Positions 18,824 to 28,581 of a stretch of DNA of 64,000 nucleotides are shown here, in pieces. Under the pieces are notes generated by a model that had not been told where the DNA came from, searched no databases, and saw only the letters and a program-made list of their open reading frames with translations. The stretch comes from Betaproteobacteria bacterium (GTDB lineage: Bacteria > Pseudomonadota > Gammaproteobacteria > Burkholderiales > Burkholderiaceae_C): positions 3,187 through 67,186 of the forward strand of contig RFTU01000004.1 of NCBI GenBank assembly GCA_009923315.1, read 5' to 3'. The translations under genes and the position numbers were made by a program. The first letter of the stretch is position 1; the number at the start of each line of letters is the position of its first letter.

Positions 18824-19978
18824 ATGAATATCCCGGCCGAGCCGCTGGCCTTGATCGAGCCGACTGCGCAGGCGGCCGTGCAGCGTCTGCAGGCTGTGCG
18901 CGCGCATGATTACGCCCGCACACGCAACCACCTCGATGGCGCGGTCACCAGGCTTTCGCCCTACATCACCCACGGCGTGCTGAGCCTGCCGCAGGTCCTG
19001 GCACACGTGCAGGAAGCCGAGCGCGCCCGCGATGCCAAGGGCCGCGGCCTGGCCCCTGGCCACAAGTTCATCAACGAACTGGCCTGGCGCGAATACTTCC
19101 ACCACGTGTGGCAACACGAGGGCAAGGCCATCTTCACATCCCTGCACGAAGGGCCGATGCCCGACAGCGCCTATGCGCGCGTGTTGCCTGAGGACATCCG
19201 CCAGGCGTGCACGGGCGTGCCGGTGATCGACCAGGCGGTGCGCGAGCTGTACGCTACGGGCTACCTGCACAACCACGCACGCATGTGGCTGGCTTCTTAT
19301 GTGGTGCACCTGCGCAAGGTGCATTGGCGCGCCGGGGCGGACTGGCTGTATGGGCACTTGCTCGACGGCGACTTGGCCAGCAACCACCTGAGCTGGCAGT
19401 GGGTGGCGGGCACCGGCTCTCACAAGCCCTATCTGTTCAATGCCGGCAATGTGGAGAAGTTCGCCCCGCCGGCCTGGCATTGCCGCGGGTCGGTGGTCGA
19501 TGCCTCCTACGAGGTCTTGGAGGAGGTGGCGCGCAGCGGCAGGCGTCTGCAGCGACCCCAGCCCGTGGCCCGAGAAGGTGCGCAGGAGCCTGCCTTGCTC
19601 CACCGCCCTCCTTTCGAGCTGCCCACCGCCCAAGCCGGCGACCTCGAGGGTGCATGGCTGATGCACCCGTGGAATCTTCGCGCGCCCCAAGTCCAGGACC
19701 GCCCGGTGGTGGGCGTGTTCGTCGCCGCCTTCCACAGCCGCTGGGCCTGGAGCGGGCGCCGTTGGGAGTGGGTGGCCGCGCTCATGAGGGCGCACACCGA
19801 TCGCATCGTGTGGTGCGAAACGGCCCCGCCGCCCAGTGCCCGCACCGTGGCCGACCCCCATCTGCGGGCGTGGCTGGCCGCTGGACAGGGCGAGCCGACG
19901 CCGCGCATCTGGGCCGACCCCGGCCAGCGCTGCCGCTCGTTTTCTCAGTTCTGGACCCGGGTTCAGGAGTCGAGATGA
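18824..19978 (+). CDS. photolyase/cryptochrome-family FAD-binding-domain protein lacking the canonical N-terminal alpha/beta domain
   Basis: ORF 18764..19978. The likely start is MNIPAEP. Motifs: TRLSPYITHGVLS, INELAWREYFHHVW, TGYLHNHARMWLASYVV and DGDLASNHLSWQWVAGTGSHKPYLFN. They begin about 40 aa from the N-terminus. About 150 uncharacterised residues follow. Confidence 0.7.
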   Translation: MNIPAEPLALIEPTAQAAVQRLQAVRAHDYARTRNHLDGAVTRLSPYITHGVLSLPQVLAHVQEAERARDAKGRGLAPGHKFINELAWREYFHHVWQHEGKAIFTSLHEGPMPDSAYARVLPEDIRQACTGVPVIDQAVRELYATGYLHNHARMWLASYVVHLRKVHWRAGADWLYGHLLDGDLASNHLSWQWVAGTGSHKPYLFNAGNVEKFAPPAWHCRGSVVDASYEVLEEVARSGRRLQRPQPVAREGAQEPALLHRPPFELPTAQAGDLEGAWLMHPWNLRAPQVQDRPVVGVFVAAFHSRWAWSGRRWEWVAALMRAHTDRIVWCETAPPPSARTVADPHLRAWLAAGQGEPTPRIWADPGQRCRSFSQFWTRVQESR

Positions 19979-20068
19979 GGGCTCTGCCCCAAGACCGGAT
20001 CCCCAAGCTGCGCACCGACCATGCAGACCCAACGGCAGCGGTGCGGACCCACCAAGGCCTGTGGGCCG

Positions 20069-20989
20069 TCAGGGTGCCCGCGTCCACCAGGCCTCACCGA
20101 ACTGCCCCTGCAGCCAGCTCACGAACAATTGCACCTTCGTGGGCACCAGCCGAGGCGAGGGGTACACCGCGTGCATCTCCTGCGCGGGCAGCAGCCAGTC
20201 CTTGAGCAGCACCTGAACCGACCCGTTGCGGATGGAATCGTGCGCCACATACAGCGGCAGCACCGCCAGCCCCAGGCCGCCGCGCGCAGCCGTCAGCAGC
20301 GCCGACAGGTTGTTCGAGCGCAGCGGCCCGTGCACCAGCACCTCACGCCGCTGTGCATCGCCGCTTCTCTGCGGCCGGGTGAACGTCCAGCGCGCGTCGC
20401 CCTGTACCGTGCTGTAGATCAGGGCCGCATGTCCGCGCAGTTCATCGGGCGTCTTGGGCGTGCCCCGCGCCTTGAGGTAGCTGCCTGCGCCCACCAGCAC
20501 CCAGGGATTGCTGCCCAGGTAGCGCGAACCCAGGGTGGAATCGGCCAGGCGCCCCATGCGGATGGCCACATCCACCCCCTGCTCCAGCAAGTTGATGTGG
20601 CGGTCCTCACAGCTCAGGTCGATCTGCAGTTGCGGGTGTTGGCGAATGAAGTCCAAGAGCCGCGGCGCCAAGACCCGCCGCCCGAAGGCCACCGAGGTGC
20701 TGATGCGCAACTGCCCCTGCATCTGCGAATGGGCCTGCAGGGCCACATGGTCGGCCTCTTCCACCTCATGCGCGATGCGCCGGCAGTGTTCGGCGTACAG
20801 GGCACCCACCTCGGTGACCGACACGCCCTGTGTCGTGCGGTGCAGCAAGCGAGAACCCAGATGCTTTTCCAATTGCGCAATCTGCTTGGTGACGCTGGGC
20901 TGGCCCACGCCCAGGTCGGTGGCCGCCTTGCTGAAGGAGCCCAGCTCCACCACGCGGATGAAGGTGTGCATCGCCGCCAGTTTGTCCAT
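20069..20989 (-). CDS. LysR family transcriptional regulator
   Basis: 306 aa. The N-terminal HTH is MDKLAAMHTFIRVVELGSFSKAATDLGVGQPSVTKQIAQLEKHLG. It is divergent from gcl. Confidence 0.9.
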   Translation of the reverse strand: MDKLAAMHTFIRVVELGSFSKAATDLGVGQPSVTKQIAQLEKHLGSRLLHRTTQGVSVTEVGALYAEHCRRIAHEVEEADHVALQAHSQMQGQLRISTSVAFGRRVLAPRLLDFIRQHPQLQIDLSCEDRHINLLEQGVDVAIRMGRLADSTLGSRYLGSNPWVLVGAGSYLKARGTPKTPDELRGHAALIYSTVQGDARWTFTRPQRSGDAQRREVLVHGPLRSNNLSALLTAARGGLGLAVLPLYVAHDSIRNGSVQVLLKDWLLPAQEMHAVYPSPRLVPTKVQLFVSWLQGQFGEAWWTRAP

Positions 20990-21030
20990 GCGATCAGCCT
21001 AGGCCCTAAGCCACCGCGCGGCAAGGGGGT

Positions 21031-21045
21031 ATTCCCAAATGGAAT
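21031..21045. promoter_or_regulatory. candidate LysR-type (T-N11-A) operator in the LysR/gcl divergent region
   Basis: Inverted repeat ATTCC-caaat-GGAAT. TTCCCAAATGGAA fits T-N11-A. It lies between divergent genes. Confidence 0.4.
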
Positions 21046-21162
21046 GGAGAAAATGCGTCGGGGACGGATTCACGGAACGTCCTCCGGGGCGCACCATTCG
21101 CCCCATTCAGGTGCACTGCACCCCCGTCCCTTGACCCCATTTCAGCCCCCAGGAGCCCCACC

Positions 21163-22953
21163 ATGGCCAAGATGAAAGCCGCAATGGCAGCCGTTCTCGT
21201 GATGGAAAAGGAAGGCGTGACCAACGCCTTCGGCGTGCCCGGCGCAGCCATCAATCCCCTGTACGCCGCCCTGCGGGAGCGCCAGAGCATCACCCACATC
21301 CTGGCGCGCCATGTGGAAGGCGCTTCGCACATGGCCGAGGGCTACACCCGGGCCAAGGCCGGCAACATCGGCGTGTGCATCGGCACGTCAGGCCCGGCGG
21401 GCACCGACATGATCACCGGCCTGTATTCGGCCATCGCCGACTCCATCCCCATCCTGTGCATCACCGGCCAGGCGCCGCGCGCCCGCATGCACAAGGAAGA
21501 CTTCCAGGCGGTGGACATCCAGTCGATTGCCAAGCCGGTGACCAAGATGGCCACCACCGTGCTGGAGCCCGCCCAGGTGCCGCGCGTGTTCCAGCAGGCC
21601 TTCCACCTGATGCGCTCGGGCCGCCCGGGCCCGGTGCTGATCGATCTGCCGTTTGATGTGCAGATGGCCGAGATCGAATTCGACATCGACACCTACGAGC
21701 CGCTGTCGGTCTACAAGCCCGCAGCCACCCGCAAGCAGATCGACAAGGCCCTGGACATGCTGATGGCCGCCGAAAAGCCGCTGATCGTGGCCGGCGGCGG
21801 CATCATCAACGCCGACGCGTCCGACCTGCTGGTGGAGTTCGCCGAGCTCACCGGCGTGCCCGTCATTCCCACGCTGATGGGCTGGGGCACGATTCCCGAC
21901 GACCACCCGCTGATGGCCGGCATGTGCGGCCTGCAGACCAGCCACCGCTATGGCAACGCCACCATGCTGGCCTCGGACTTCGTGCTGGGCATCGGCAACC
22001 GCTGGGCCAACCGCCACACCGGTGGCATCGACACCTACACCAAGGGCCGCACCTTTGTGCACGTGGACATCGAGCCCACGCAGATCGGCCGCGTGTTCGA
22101 GCCGCAGTACGGCATCGTGAGTGACGCGAAGGCCGCGCTGGAGCTCTTCGTGCAAGCCGCGCGTGAGCGCAAGGCTGCCGGCACGCTCAAGAGCTTCGCC
22201 ACCTGGGCCGCGCGCTGCGCCGAGCGCAAGTCGCTCATGCACCGCAAGACGAACTACGACAACATCCCCATCAAGCCCCAGCGCGTGTACCAGGAGATGA
22301 ATGCGGTGTTCCCGCGCGACACGGTCTACGTGTCCACCATCGGCCTGAGCCAGATCGCCGCCGCGCAATTCCTGAACATCTATGGTCCTCGCCAGTGGAT
22401 CAACTGCGGCCAGGCCGGCCCCCTGGGCTGGACCCTGCCCGCCGCACTCGGTGTGGTGGCCGCTGACCCCACCCGCACGGTGGTCGGCATCGCGGGCGAC
22501 TACGACTTTCAGTTTCTGATCGAAGAACTCGCTGCAGGCGCACAGTTCAAGCTGCCCTATGTGCAGGTGCTGGTCAACAACAGCTACCTCGGTCTGATCC
22601 GTCAGTCGCAGCGCGGTTTCGAGATGGACTACTGCGTGCAACTCGCCTTCGACAACCAGAACGTGGAAGACGAAACCCTCAAGGGCTATGGTGTCGACCA
22701 CCAGAAGGTGGTGGAAGGCCTGGGTTGCAAGTCGCTGCGCGTGACCGACCCGGCCAAGCTGCAGGATGCGCTGCGCCAGGCGCAGGCCATGGCCCGCGAA
22801 TTCAGCGTGCCGGTGGTGGTGGAGGTGATCCTGGAGAAGGTGACCAACATCGCCATGGGCGTGGAGATCGACAAGATCAACGAGTTCGAGGACATCGATT
22901 GCCGCCACCCCCAGGGCACCGAAGGCCTGGTCGCGGCCGGTCTCCTCGACTGA
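21163..22953 (+). CDS. gcl: glyoxylate carboligase (tartronate-semialdehyde synthase)
   Basis: 596 aa. The N-terminus is [37 protein letters not shown], in a ThDP enzyme architecture. It is followed by hyi and glxR, as in known gcl operons. Confidence 0.9.
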   Translation: MAKMKAAMAAVLVMEKEGVTNAFGVPGAAINPLYAALRERQSITHILARHVEGASHMAEGYTRAKAGNIGVCIGTSGPAGTDMITGLYSAIADSIPILCITGQAPRARMHKEDFQAVDIQSIAKPVTKMATTVLEPAQVPRVFQQAFHLMRSGRPGPVLIDLPFDVQMAEIEFDIDTYEPLSVYKPAATRKQIDKALDMLMAAEKPLIVAGGGIINADASDLLVEFAELTGVPVIPTLMGWGTIPDDHPLMAGMCGLQTSHRYGNATMLASDFVLGIGNRWANRHTGGIDTYTKGRTFVHVDIEPTQIGRVFEPQYGIVSDAKAALELFVQAARERKAAGTLKSFATWAARCAERKSLMHRKTNYDNIPIKPQRVYQEMNAVFPRDTVYVSTIGLSQIAAAQFLNIYGPRQWINCGQAGPLGWTLPAALGVVAADPTRTVVGIAGDYDFQFLIEELAAGAQFKLPYVQVLVNNSYLGLIRQSQRGFEMDYCVQLAFDNQNVEDETLKGYGVDHQKVVEGLGCKSLRVTDPAKLQDALRQAQAMAREFSVPVVVEVILEKVTNIAMGVEIDKINEFEDIDCRHPQGTEGLVAAGLLD

Positions 22954-22986
22954 TCAGCGCCGCTGATCCACAACGCATCCAGCCCA

Positions 22987-23015
22987 CCCGCCGGAATGGG
23001 GCATCATCCGGCGGG
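22987..23015 (+). other. intercistronic 9-bp stem-loop between gcl and hyi
   Basis: cccgccgga-(11 nt loop)-tccggcggg is perfectly complementary. No T-tract follows. Its function is unknown; it could be an mRNA stability or processing element. Confidence 0.3.
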
Positions 23016-23049
23016 CCCGGCAGTCCTCACCCTTTCGAACGCGCACCCC

Positions 23050-23829
23050 ATGACCACTTTCGCCGCCAACCTCTCGATGCTGTTCACCGAAGTCCCCTTC
23101 ATTGAACGCTTCGGCCGCGCCGCCCGCGCGGGCTTCACGCAGGTGGAGTGTCAATTCCCGTATGAAGCGACGCCCGAGGCCATCCAGGCTGAACTTCAAG
23201 CGAACGGCCAAAGCCTCATCCTGCACAACCTGCCGGCGGGCAACTGGGCCGGCGGCGAACGCGGCATCGCTTGCCATCCGGACCGCGTCGAAGAATTTCA
23301 GCGCGGTGTGGACCAGGCCATCGCCTACGCCACAGCCCTGGGCGTGAAAAAAATCAACTGTCTGGCCGGCATCAAGCCGGCCGGTGTGAGCGACGCGCAG
23401 GCCCGCTCGACGCTGGTGAGCAACCTGCGCTTTGCGGCGCACAAGCTGGCTGCGCATGGCATCGACCTGCTGATCGAGCCCATCAACACCTTCGACATCC
23501 CTGGCTTCTTCGTCAGCACCACGGCGCAGGGCTTGGGCATCCTGGACGAAGTGGGCGCGGCCAATGCCTACATCCAGTACGACGCGTACCACATGCAACG
23601 CATGGAAGGTGAACTGGCGGGCACGCTCAGCAAGCACTTGGCCCGAATCGGCCACATCCAGATCGCCGACAACCCGGGCCGCAACGAACCGGGTACCGGC
23701 GAGATCAACTACGCGTTCCTGTTCGCCCATCTCCACCGCATCGGCTATTCGGGCGCCATCGGCTGCGAGTACAAGCCGGCCCACGGAACCGAACAGGGAC
23801 TGGGCTGGCGCCAACAGCTCACCGCCTGA
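23050..23829 (+). CDS. hyi: hydroxypyruvate isomerase
   Basis: MTTFAANLSMLFTEVPFIERFGRAARAGFTQVECQFPY is a canonical Hyi N-terminus. 259 aa. Confidence 0.9.
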   Translation: MTTFAANLSMLFTEVPFIERFGRAARAGFTQVECQFPYEATPEAIQAELQANGQSLILHNLPAGNWAGGERGIACHPDRVEEFQRGVDQAIAYATALGVKKINCLAGIKPAGVSDAQARSTLVSNLRFAAHKLAAHGIDLLIEPINTFDIPGFFVSTTAQGLGILDEVGAANAYIQYDAYHMQRMEGELAGTLSKHLARIGHIQIADNPGRNEPGTGEINYAFLFAHLHRIGYSGAIGCEYKPAHGTEQGLGWRQQLTA

Positions 23830-23889
23830 TCGCGCCGCGATCGCTGGCCCATCATCCGCACACCGAACTCCCCGACGAGACACCACGAC

Positions 23890-24801
23890 ATGACCACCAC
23901 CCCTCAAAAGATCGGCTTCATCGGTCTGGGCATCATGGGCTCACCCATGGCCGGCCATCTGCTGGCCGCCGGCCACACCCTGTACGTGCACACCCGCAGC
24001 CAGGTGCCGGCCGAGCTCAGCGCCAAGGGCGCCATCGCCTGCGCCGACGCCCGCAGCGTGGCGCAGCAGGCCGACATCATCTTCACCATGGTGCCGGACA
24101 CCCCCGATGTGGAAAAGGTGCTGTTCGGTGAGCGCGGTGTCGCCGCAGGCCTGTCCAAGGGCAAGACCGTGGTGGACATGAGCTCCATCTCGCCGATCGC
24201 GACCCAGGATTTCGCGCGCCGCATCGCCGAAGGGGGTTGCGACTACCTCGACGCTCCCGTCTCGGGTGGCGAAGTCGGCGCCAAGGGCGCCACGCTCACC
24301 ATCATGGTGGGCGGCAGCGAGGCCGCGTTTGAGCGCGTCAAGCCGCTGTTCGAATTGATGGGCAAGAACATCACCTTGATCGGCCCCGCCGGTTCGGGCC
24401 AGATCACCAAGGTGGCCAACCAGATCATCGTGGCGCTCAACATCGAAGCGGTGGCCGAGGCCCTGGTGTTCGCCGCCCGCGCCGGCGCCGACCCGGCCAA
24501 AGTGCGCCAGGCGCTGATGGGTGGCTTTGCCGCCAGCCGCATCCTCGAGGTGCACGGCGAGCGCATGGTCAAGCGCACCTTCAATCCGGGCTTTCGGATC
24601 GAACTGCATCAGAAGGACCTGAACCTGGCCCTGAGCAGTGCGCGCGCTTTGGGCGTGAGCCTGCCCAATACGGCGACCGCACAGGAGCTCTTCAACGCTT
24701 GCGCCGCACACGGCGGAAAGGCCTGGGACCATTCGGCCATGGTGCGGGCGCTGGAGACCCTGGCGAATTTCGAGATCGGTCAGGCGGCACCCTCGGCCTG
24801 A
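23890..24801 (+). CDS. glxR: 2-hydroxy-3-oxopropionate (tartronate semialdehyde) reductase
   Basis: The NAD-binding motif is KIGFIGLGIMGSPMAGHL. It belongs to the 3-hydroxyisobutyrate dehydrogenase family and sits downstream of gcl-hyi. Confidence 0.85.
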   Translation: MTTTPQKIGFIGLGIMGSPMAGHLLAAGHTLYVHTRSQVPAELSAKGAIACADARSVAQQADIIFTMVPDTPDVEKVLFGERGVAAGLSKGKTVVDMSSISPIATQDFARRIAEGGCDYLDAPVSGGEVGAKGATLTIMVGGSEAAFERVKPLFELMGKNITLIGPAGSGQITKVANQIIVALNIEAVAEALVFAARAGADPAKVRQALMGGFAASRILEVHGERMVKRTFNPGFRIELHQKDLNLALSSARALGVSLPNTATAQELFNACAAHGGKAWDHSAMVRALETLANFEIGQAAPSA

Positions 24802-24913
24802 AGCGGCACCGCTTCGACGCGGGGCGCGCCTGGGCTCGCGCCCCAGCGGCCAAGGCTGGCCTTCTGCTGGGCCTTCCCCGCAAGACCAGACGCTCGTGAG
24901 AAGATCATTCGAG

Positions 24914-26236
24914 ATGAACGCCAACTCGAACCGGGAGCCCAGCCCCCAACGCGCGCTCCTGAGACGCTTGTTTGAAGCCGCCGTGGCCAGCGCACAGCCC
25001 GAGCGGTGCGTGCCGGCTCATCTGCCGAAGGTCGACGAACTCCCCGGGCTGGGCCGCGGACGGGTCGTCGTGATCGGTGCGGGCAAGGCCTCGGCCGCGA
25101 TGGCGCAGGCGCTGGAAACGCACTATGCCGATTGGCCCGGGGCCCTGGAAGGCGTGGTGGTGACGCGCTACGGCTACCGAGCGCCCTGCGACCGCGTGGA
25201 GATCGTGGAGGCGGCGCATCCCGTGCCCGATGAAGCCGGCCTGAAAGCGGCGCAGCGCATGCTGCAAGCGGTGCAGGGTTTGGGGCCCCACGACCTGGTG
25301 ATCGCGCTGATCTCCGGTGGCGGTTCGTCGTTGCTGCCGCTTCCCTTGCCTGGCCTCACGCTGGCCGACAAGCAAGTCGTCAACCGCGCCCTCTTGCAGT
25401 CGGGCGCCACCATCACCGAGATGAACACGGTGCGCCGCCATCTCTCGGCCATCAAGGGTGGCCGGCTGGCCGCCGCCTGCCATCCCGCCCGTGTGGTCAC
25501 GTTGATGATGAGCGACGTGCCGGGTGACCACGCCATCGACATTGCCTCGGGCCCCACGGTGGCCGATCCGACCACCTGCCAGGATGCTCTGGACCTGATC
25601 GAGCGCTACCGCCTGGACCTGCCCGATCCTCTTGGCGCCACGGTTCGCGCGATCCTGAGCAGCGGCCGAGGTGAGTCGGTGAAGCCTGGTGATGCACGCC
25701 TTGAGCGCGCCGAAGCCCGCCTCGTGGCCGCACCGCAGCAAGCGTTGGAAGCCGCCGCCCGCGCAGCCCAGGAAGCCGGTGTGCGAGCCTACATCCTCGG
25801 CGATGCGCTGGAAGGCGAGGCCCGCGACGTGGGCCGCGTGTTGGGCGGTATGGCCGTGCAGGTGGCGCAGCGAGGCCAGCCCTTTGAGGCGCCGTGTGTG
25901 CTCTTGTCAGGTGGCGAAACCACGGTCACCGTGCGCGGCACAGGCCGAGGCGGTCGGAATGTGGAATGCCTGCTGTCCATGGCCCTGGCCACCGCGGGTC
26001 ACCGCCGGATCTGGGGTCTGGCCGCCGACACCGACGGCGTGGACGGCCTGGAAGAGAACGCCGGCGCCACCTTCGGGCCCGACACCTTGCAGCGTGCCTG
26101 GGGTCTGGGAATCAAGCCCGCCGACAGCCTGGCACGCAACGACGGACACGGGTTCTTTGAGGCCGTGGGTGAGGTGGTCGTCACAGGCCCCACCCGCACG
26201 AATGTCAACGACTTCAGGGCCATCCTGATTGAATGA
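24914..26236 (+). CDS. ttuD: glycerate 2-kinase / hydroxypyruvate reductase-type protein (DUF4147 + MOFRL, TtuD family)
   Basis: Within ORF 24896..26236. Motifs: VVIGAGKASAAMAQALE and LLSGGETTVTVRGTGRGGRN. It is in the glyoxylate cluster. Confidence 0.8.
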   Translation: MNANSNREPSPQRALLRRLFEAAVASAQPERCVPAHLPKVDELPGLGRGRVVVIGAGKASAAMAQALETHYADWPGALEGVVVTRYGYRAPCDRVEIVEAAHPVPDEAGLKAAQRMLQAVQGLGPHDLVIALISGGGSSLLPLPLPGLTLADKQVVNRALLQSGATITEMNTVRRHLSAIKGGRLAAACHPARVVTLMMSDVPGDHAIDIASGPTVADPTTCQDALDLIERYRLDLPDPLGATVRAILSSGRGESVKPGDARLERAEARLVAAPQQALEAAARAAQEAGVRAYILGDALEGEARDVGRVLGGMAVQVAQRGQPFEAPCVLLSGGETTVTVRGTGRGGRNVECLLSMALATAGHRRIWGLAADTDGVDGLEENAGATFGPDTLQRAWGLGIKPADSLARNDGHGFFEAVGEVVVTGPTRTNVNDFRAILIE

Positions 26237-26245
26237 GCCGGGCCG

Positions 26246-26980
26246 ATGACCACGGACCATGCCATGGGGTCGGACCCCCAACTTCAGACCCGCCGCGACC
26301 TGGCTGCAGCCTTTCGCTTGGCCGCCCGCCGCGGCTGGGACGACATCGTGTGGACCCACCTGTCGGCCGCCGTCCCGGGCGAGCCTGGCCACTACTACAT
26401 CAACCGCTTCGGCCTGCGCTTTTGCGAAGTGACCGCCGACAACTTGGTGAAGGTGGACGTGCAGGGGCGTGTGGTGGACGGATCCAACGCGCCGGTCAAT
26501 CCCAGTGGCTTTGCCATCCATGGTTGCGTGCACGCGGCGCGGCCTGATGCGGTGTGCGTGATCCACCTGCACACGCTGTGGGGCCAGGCTTTGGCCGCGC
26601 GCCCCGAGGGTCTGCTGCCCTGCTCGCAACCCGCGCTGCGACTCTATGGCCGCTTGGGTCGCCACGCCTACGAGGGCTTGGCCTTCGGCGCAGATGAGCA
26701 ACGGCGTTTGGTGGCGGCCCTGGGTCAACACGACGGCCTGATCCTGGCGCACCATGGCGTCCTCACGGTCGGCCGCACCGTGGCCGAGGCCTTTGTGCTG
26801 ATGCACTGGCTCGACCGCGCCGCGCGCATTCAACTCCAGGCCCAGGCCGCCGGGGGCGAACTGCCGCTGGTGCCGCCCGAGGTCGTGGCCCTCACACAGG
26901 CCCAGTGGATCGGCGATGGGTCCACGCCCGAGGGCGTGGACGAATGGCCGGCGCTGCTGCGCGAAGCCGCACAATCCTGA
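26246..26980 (+). CDS. class II aldolase/adducin family protein
   Basis: 244 aa. Motifs: THLSAAVPGEPGHYYINRFGLRFCEVTADNLVKVD and AIHGCVHAARPDAVCVIHLH, the His-rich metal site pattern. Confidence 0.7.
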   Translation: MTTDHAMGSDPQLQTRRDLAAAFRLAARRGWDDIVWTHLSAAVPGEPGHYYINRFGLRFCEVTADNLVKVDVQGRVVDGSNAPVNPSGFAIHGCVHAARPDAVCVIHLHTLWGQALAARPEGLLPCSQPALRLYGRLGRHAYEGLAFGADEQRRLVAALGQHDGLILAHHGVLTVGRTVAEAFVLMHWLDRAARIQLQAQAAGGELPLVPPEVVALTQAQWIGDGSTPEGVDEWPALLREAAQS

Positions 26981-27004
26981 GATCGTCCATCACCGGAGCT
27001 GACC

Positions 27005-27211
27005 ATGCCCCTGATCCGCGTTGAACTCTTCGAAGGCCGCACCCCTGAACAGAAGCGCGACCTGGCTCAGGCCCTAACCGAAGCCACCTGTCGTGTGTTG
27101 GGCACCAAGCCCGAGGGCGTGGACGTCATGTTTTTCGACATCGCCAAGCACGACTGGGCCACCGCCGGTGTGCCCTGGAGCGACAAGACGCCACCGAAGC
27201 CGCAGGGCTGA
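27005..27211 (+). CDS. 4-oxalocrotonate tautomerase family enzyme
   Basis: 68 aa. It starts MPLIRVELFEGRTPEQKRDLAQALTEA. Pro1 after Met and the beta-alpha-beta length are typical. Confidence 0.8.
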   Translation: MPLIRVELFEGRTPEQKRDLAQALTEATCRVLGTKPEGVDVMFFDIAKHDWATAGVPWSDKTPPKPQG

Positions 27212-27312
27212 GCCGGCTCCTACCCCCGCCACGGCCATCAGCCCGGGCCGTGGTGGCGGCGTACCCAGGCACACCCCTGCGCACATGGGCGCACCAACCC
27301 GTGCGCGGCCGC

Positions 27313-28569
27313 TCAGGCCGCCAACATCTCGTCGATCATCTCCACCCAATGCTGCACAGGGGTGTCGGTTCCACTTTGCAGATGCTGAATGCAGCCGATG
27401 TTGGCCGAGACGATCCTGCCGGGCTTGAGTGCGTCGAGGTGCCCGAGCTTGCGGTCGCGCAGTTGCGTGGACAGCTCGGGCTGCAGCACCGAATAGGTGC
27501 CTGCTGAACCGCAGCACAGGTGGCTTTCGCAAGCCGCCACTTCGATCGGCAGACCCAGTTCCCGCAGATGCGCCTCGACGCCGCCGCGCAGCTTCAGGCC
27601 GTGCTGCAGGGTGCAGGGCGGGTGGTAGGCCACGGTGCCGCGCCGGCCTGCGCGGGACGACCCCGCCTGGCCGCCAAGCAGTTTCTTCAGCCGGGGCATC
27701 AGGTCCGGCAGCAGTTCACTCAGGTCACGCGTCTTCTCGCTGACCAAGCGGGCGCGCTCGGCGTATTCGGGATCGTGTGCCAAGTGCTGCGCATACTCCT
27801 TGACGGTGATGCCACAGCCAGAGGCGTTCATGACGATGGCCTCCACCTGCCCAGACTGCACCATCGACCACCAGGCGTCGATGTTGCGTCGCATGTCCGC
27901 CAGCGCGCCCTCGTGGTCGTTCAAATGCGCCCGAATGGCGCCGCAACAGCCGGCGTCCTCCGCCACCAGGGTCTGGATGCCGCAGGCGTCCAGCACGCGG
28001 GCCGTGGCGCTGTTGATGTTGGGCATCATGGCCGGCTGCACGCAACCGGCCAGCATGAGCACCTTGCGCGGGTGCTGACGCGTGGGCCACATCCCGGCGC
28101 GGGCCGGGGTGACCCCCGGAACCTTTTTCTTCAATGACTCAGGCAGCAAGGGCCGCACCATCTTGCCCACGGCCATGGCCGGCTTGAACAGGGGCGACGT
28201 CAGGCCTTCCTTGAGCAGCCAGCGCACCGCCTTGTCTCGACCCTGACGAGGGACGCGGTCTTCCACGATGTTTCGCCCGATGTCCACCAGCTGCCCGTAC
28301 TGCACGCCGGAGGGGCAGGTCGTCTCACAGTTGCGGCAGGTCAGGCAGCGGTCCAGGTGCAGCTGGGTCTTCTCGGTGACCTGTGCGCCTTCGAGCACCT
28401 GCTTGATCAGGTAGATGCGACCGCGCGGGCCATCCAGCTCGTCACCCAACAGCTGATAGGTTGGGCAGGTGGCCGTGCAGAAGCCGCAGTGCACGCACTT
28501 GCGCAAGATGGCCTCGGCTGCCTGGCCCTCGCGGGTGCCGGCAAATTCAGGGGCAAGATGGGTTTGCAT
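27313..28569 (-). CDS. glcF: glycolate oxidase iron-sulfur subunit
   Basis: 418 aa. It has two 4Fe-4S motifs (CVHCGFCTATCP and CLTCRNCETTCP) and CCG domains. Confidence 0.9.
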   Translation of the reverse strand: MQTHLAPEFAGTREGQAAEAILRKCVHCGFCTATCPTYQLLGDELDGPRGRIYLIKQVLEGAQVTEKTQLHLDRCLTCRNCETTCPSGVQYGQLVDIGRNIVEDRVPRQGRDKAVRWLLKEGLTSPLFKPAMAVGKMVRPLLPESLKKKVPGVTPARAGMWPTRQHPRKVLMLAGCVQPAMMPNINSATARVLDACGIQTLVAEDAGCCGAIRAHLNDHEGALADMRRNIDAWWSMVQSGQVEAIVMNASGCGITVKEYAQHLAHDPEYAERARLVSEKTRDLSELLPDLMPRLKKLLGGQAGSSRAGRRGTVAYHPPCTLQHGLKLRGGVEAHLRELGLPIEVAACESHLCCGSAGTYSVLQPELSTQLRDRKLGHLDALKPGRIVSANIGCIQHLQSGTDTPVQHWVEMIDEMLAA

Positions 28570-28581
28570 GGAACAGCGGAT

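Noticed and set aside
21388-22908. 506-aa reverse-strand ORF antisense to gcl. Similar long antisense ORFs occur at 35487..37550, 57998..60547, 44181..46217, 16264..17793, 7587..8984, 25907..26974 and 13516..14526.
   Set aside because: Each lies opposite a confidently identified gene. Their translations are Arg/Gly/Ala/His/Pro-rich with no recognisable motifs. Long stop-free antisense frames are expected at this G+C content.
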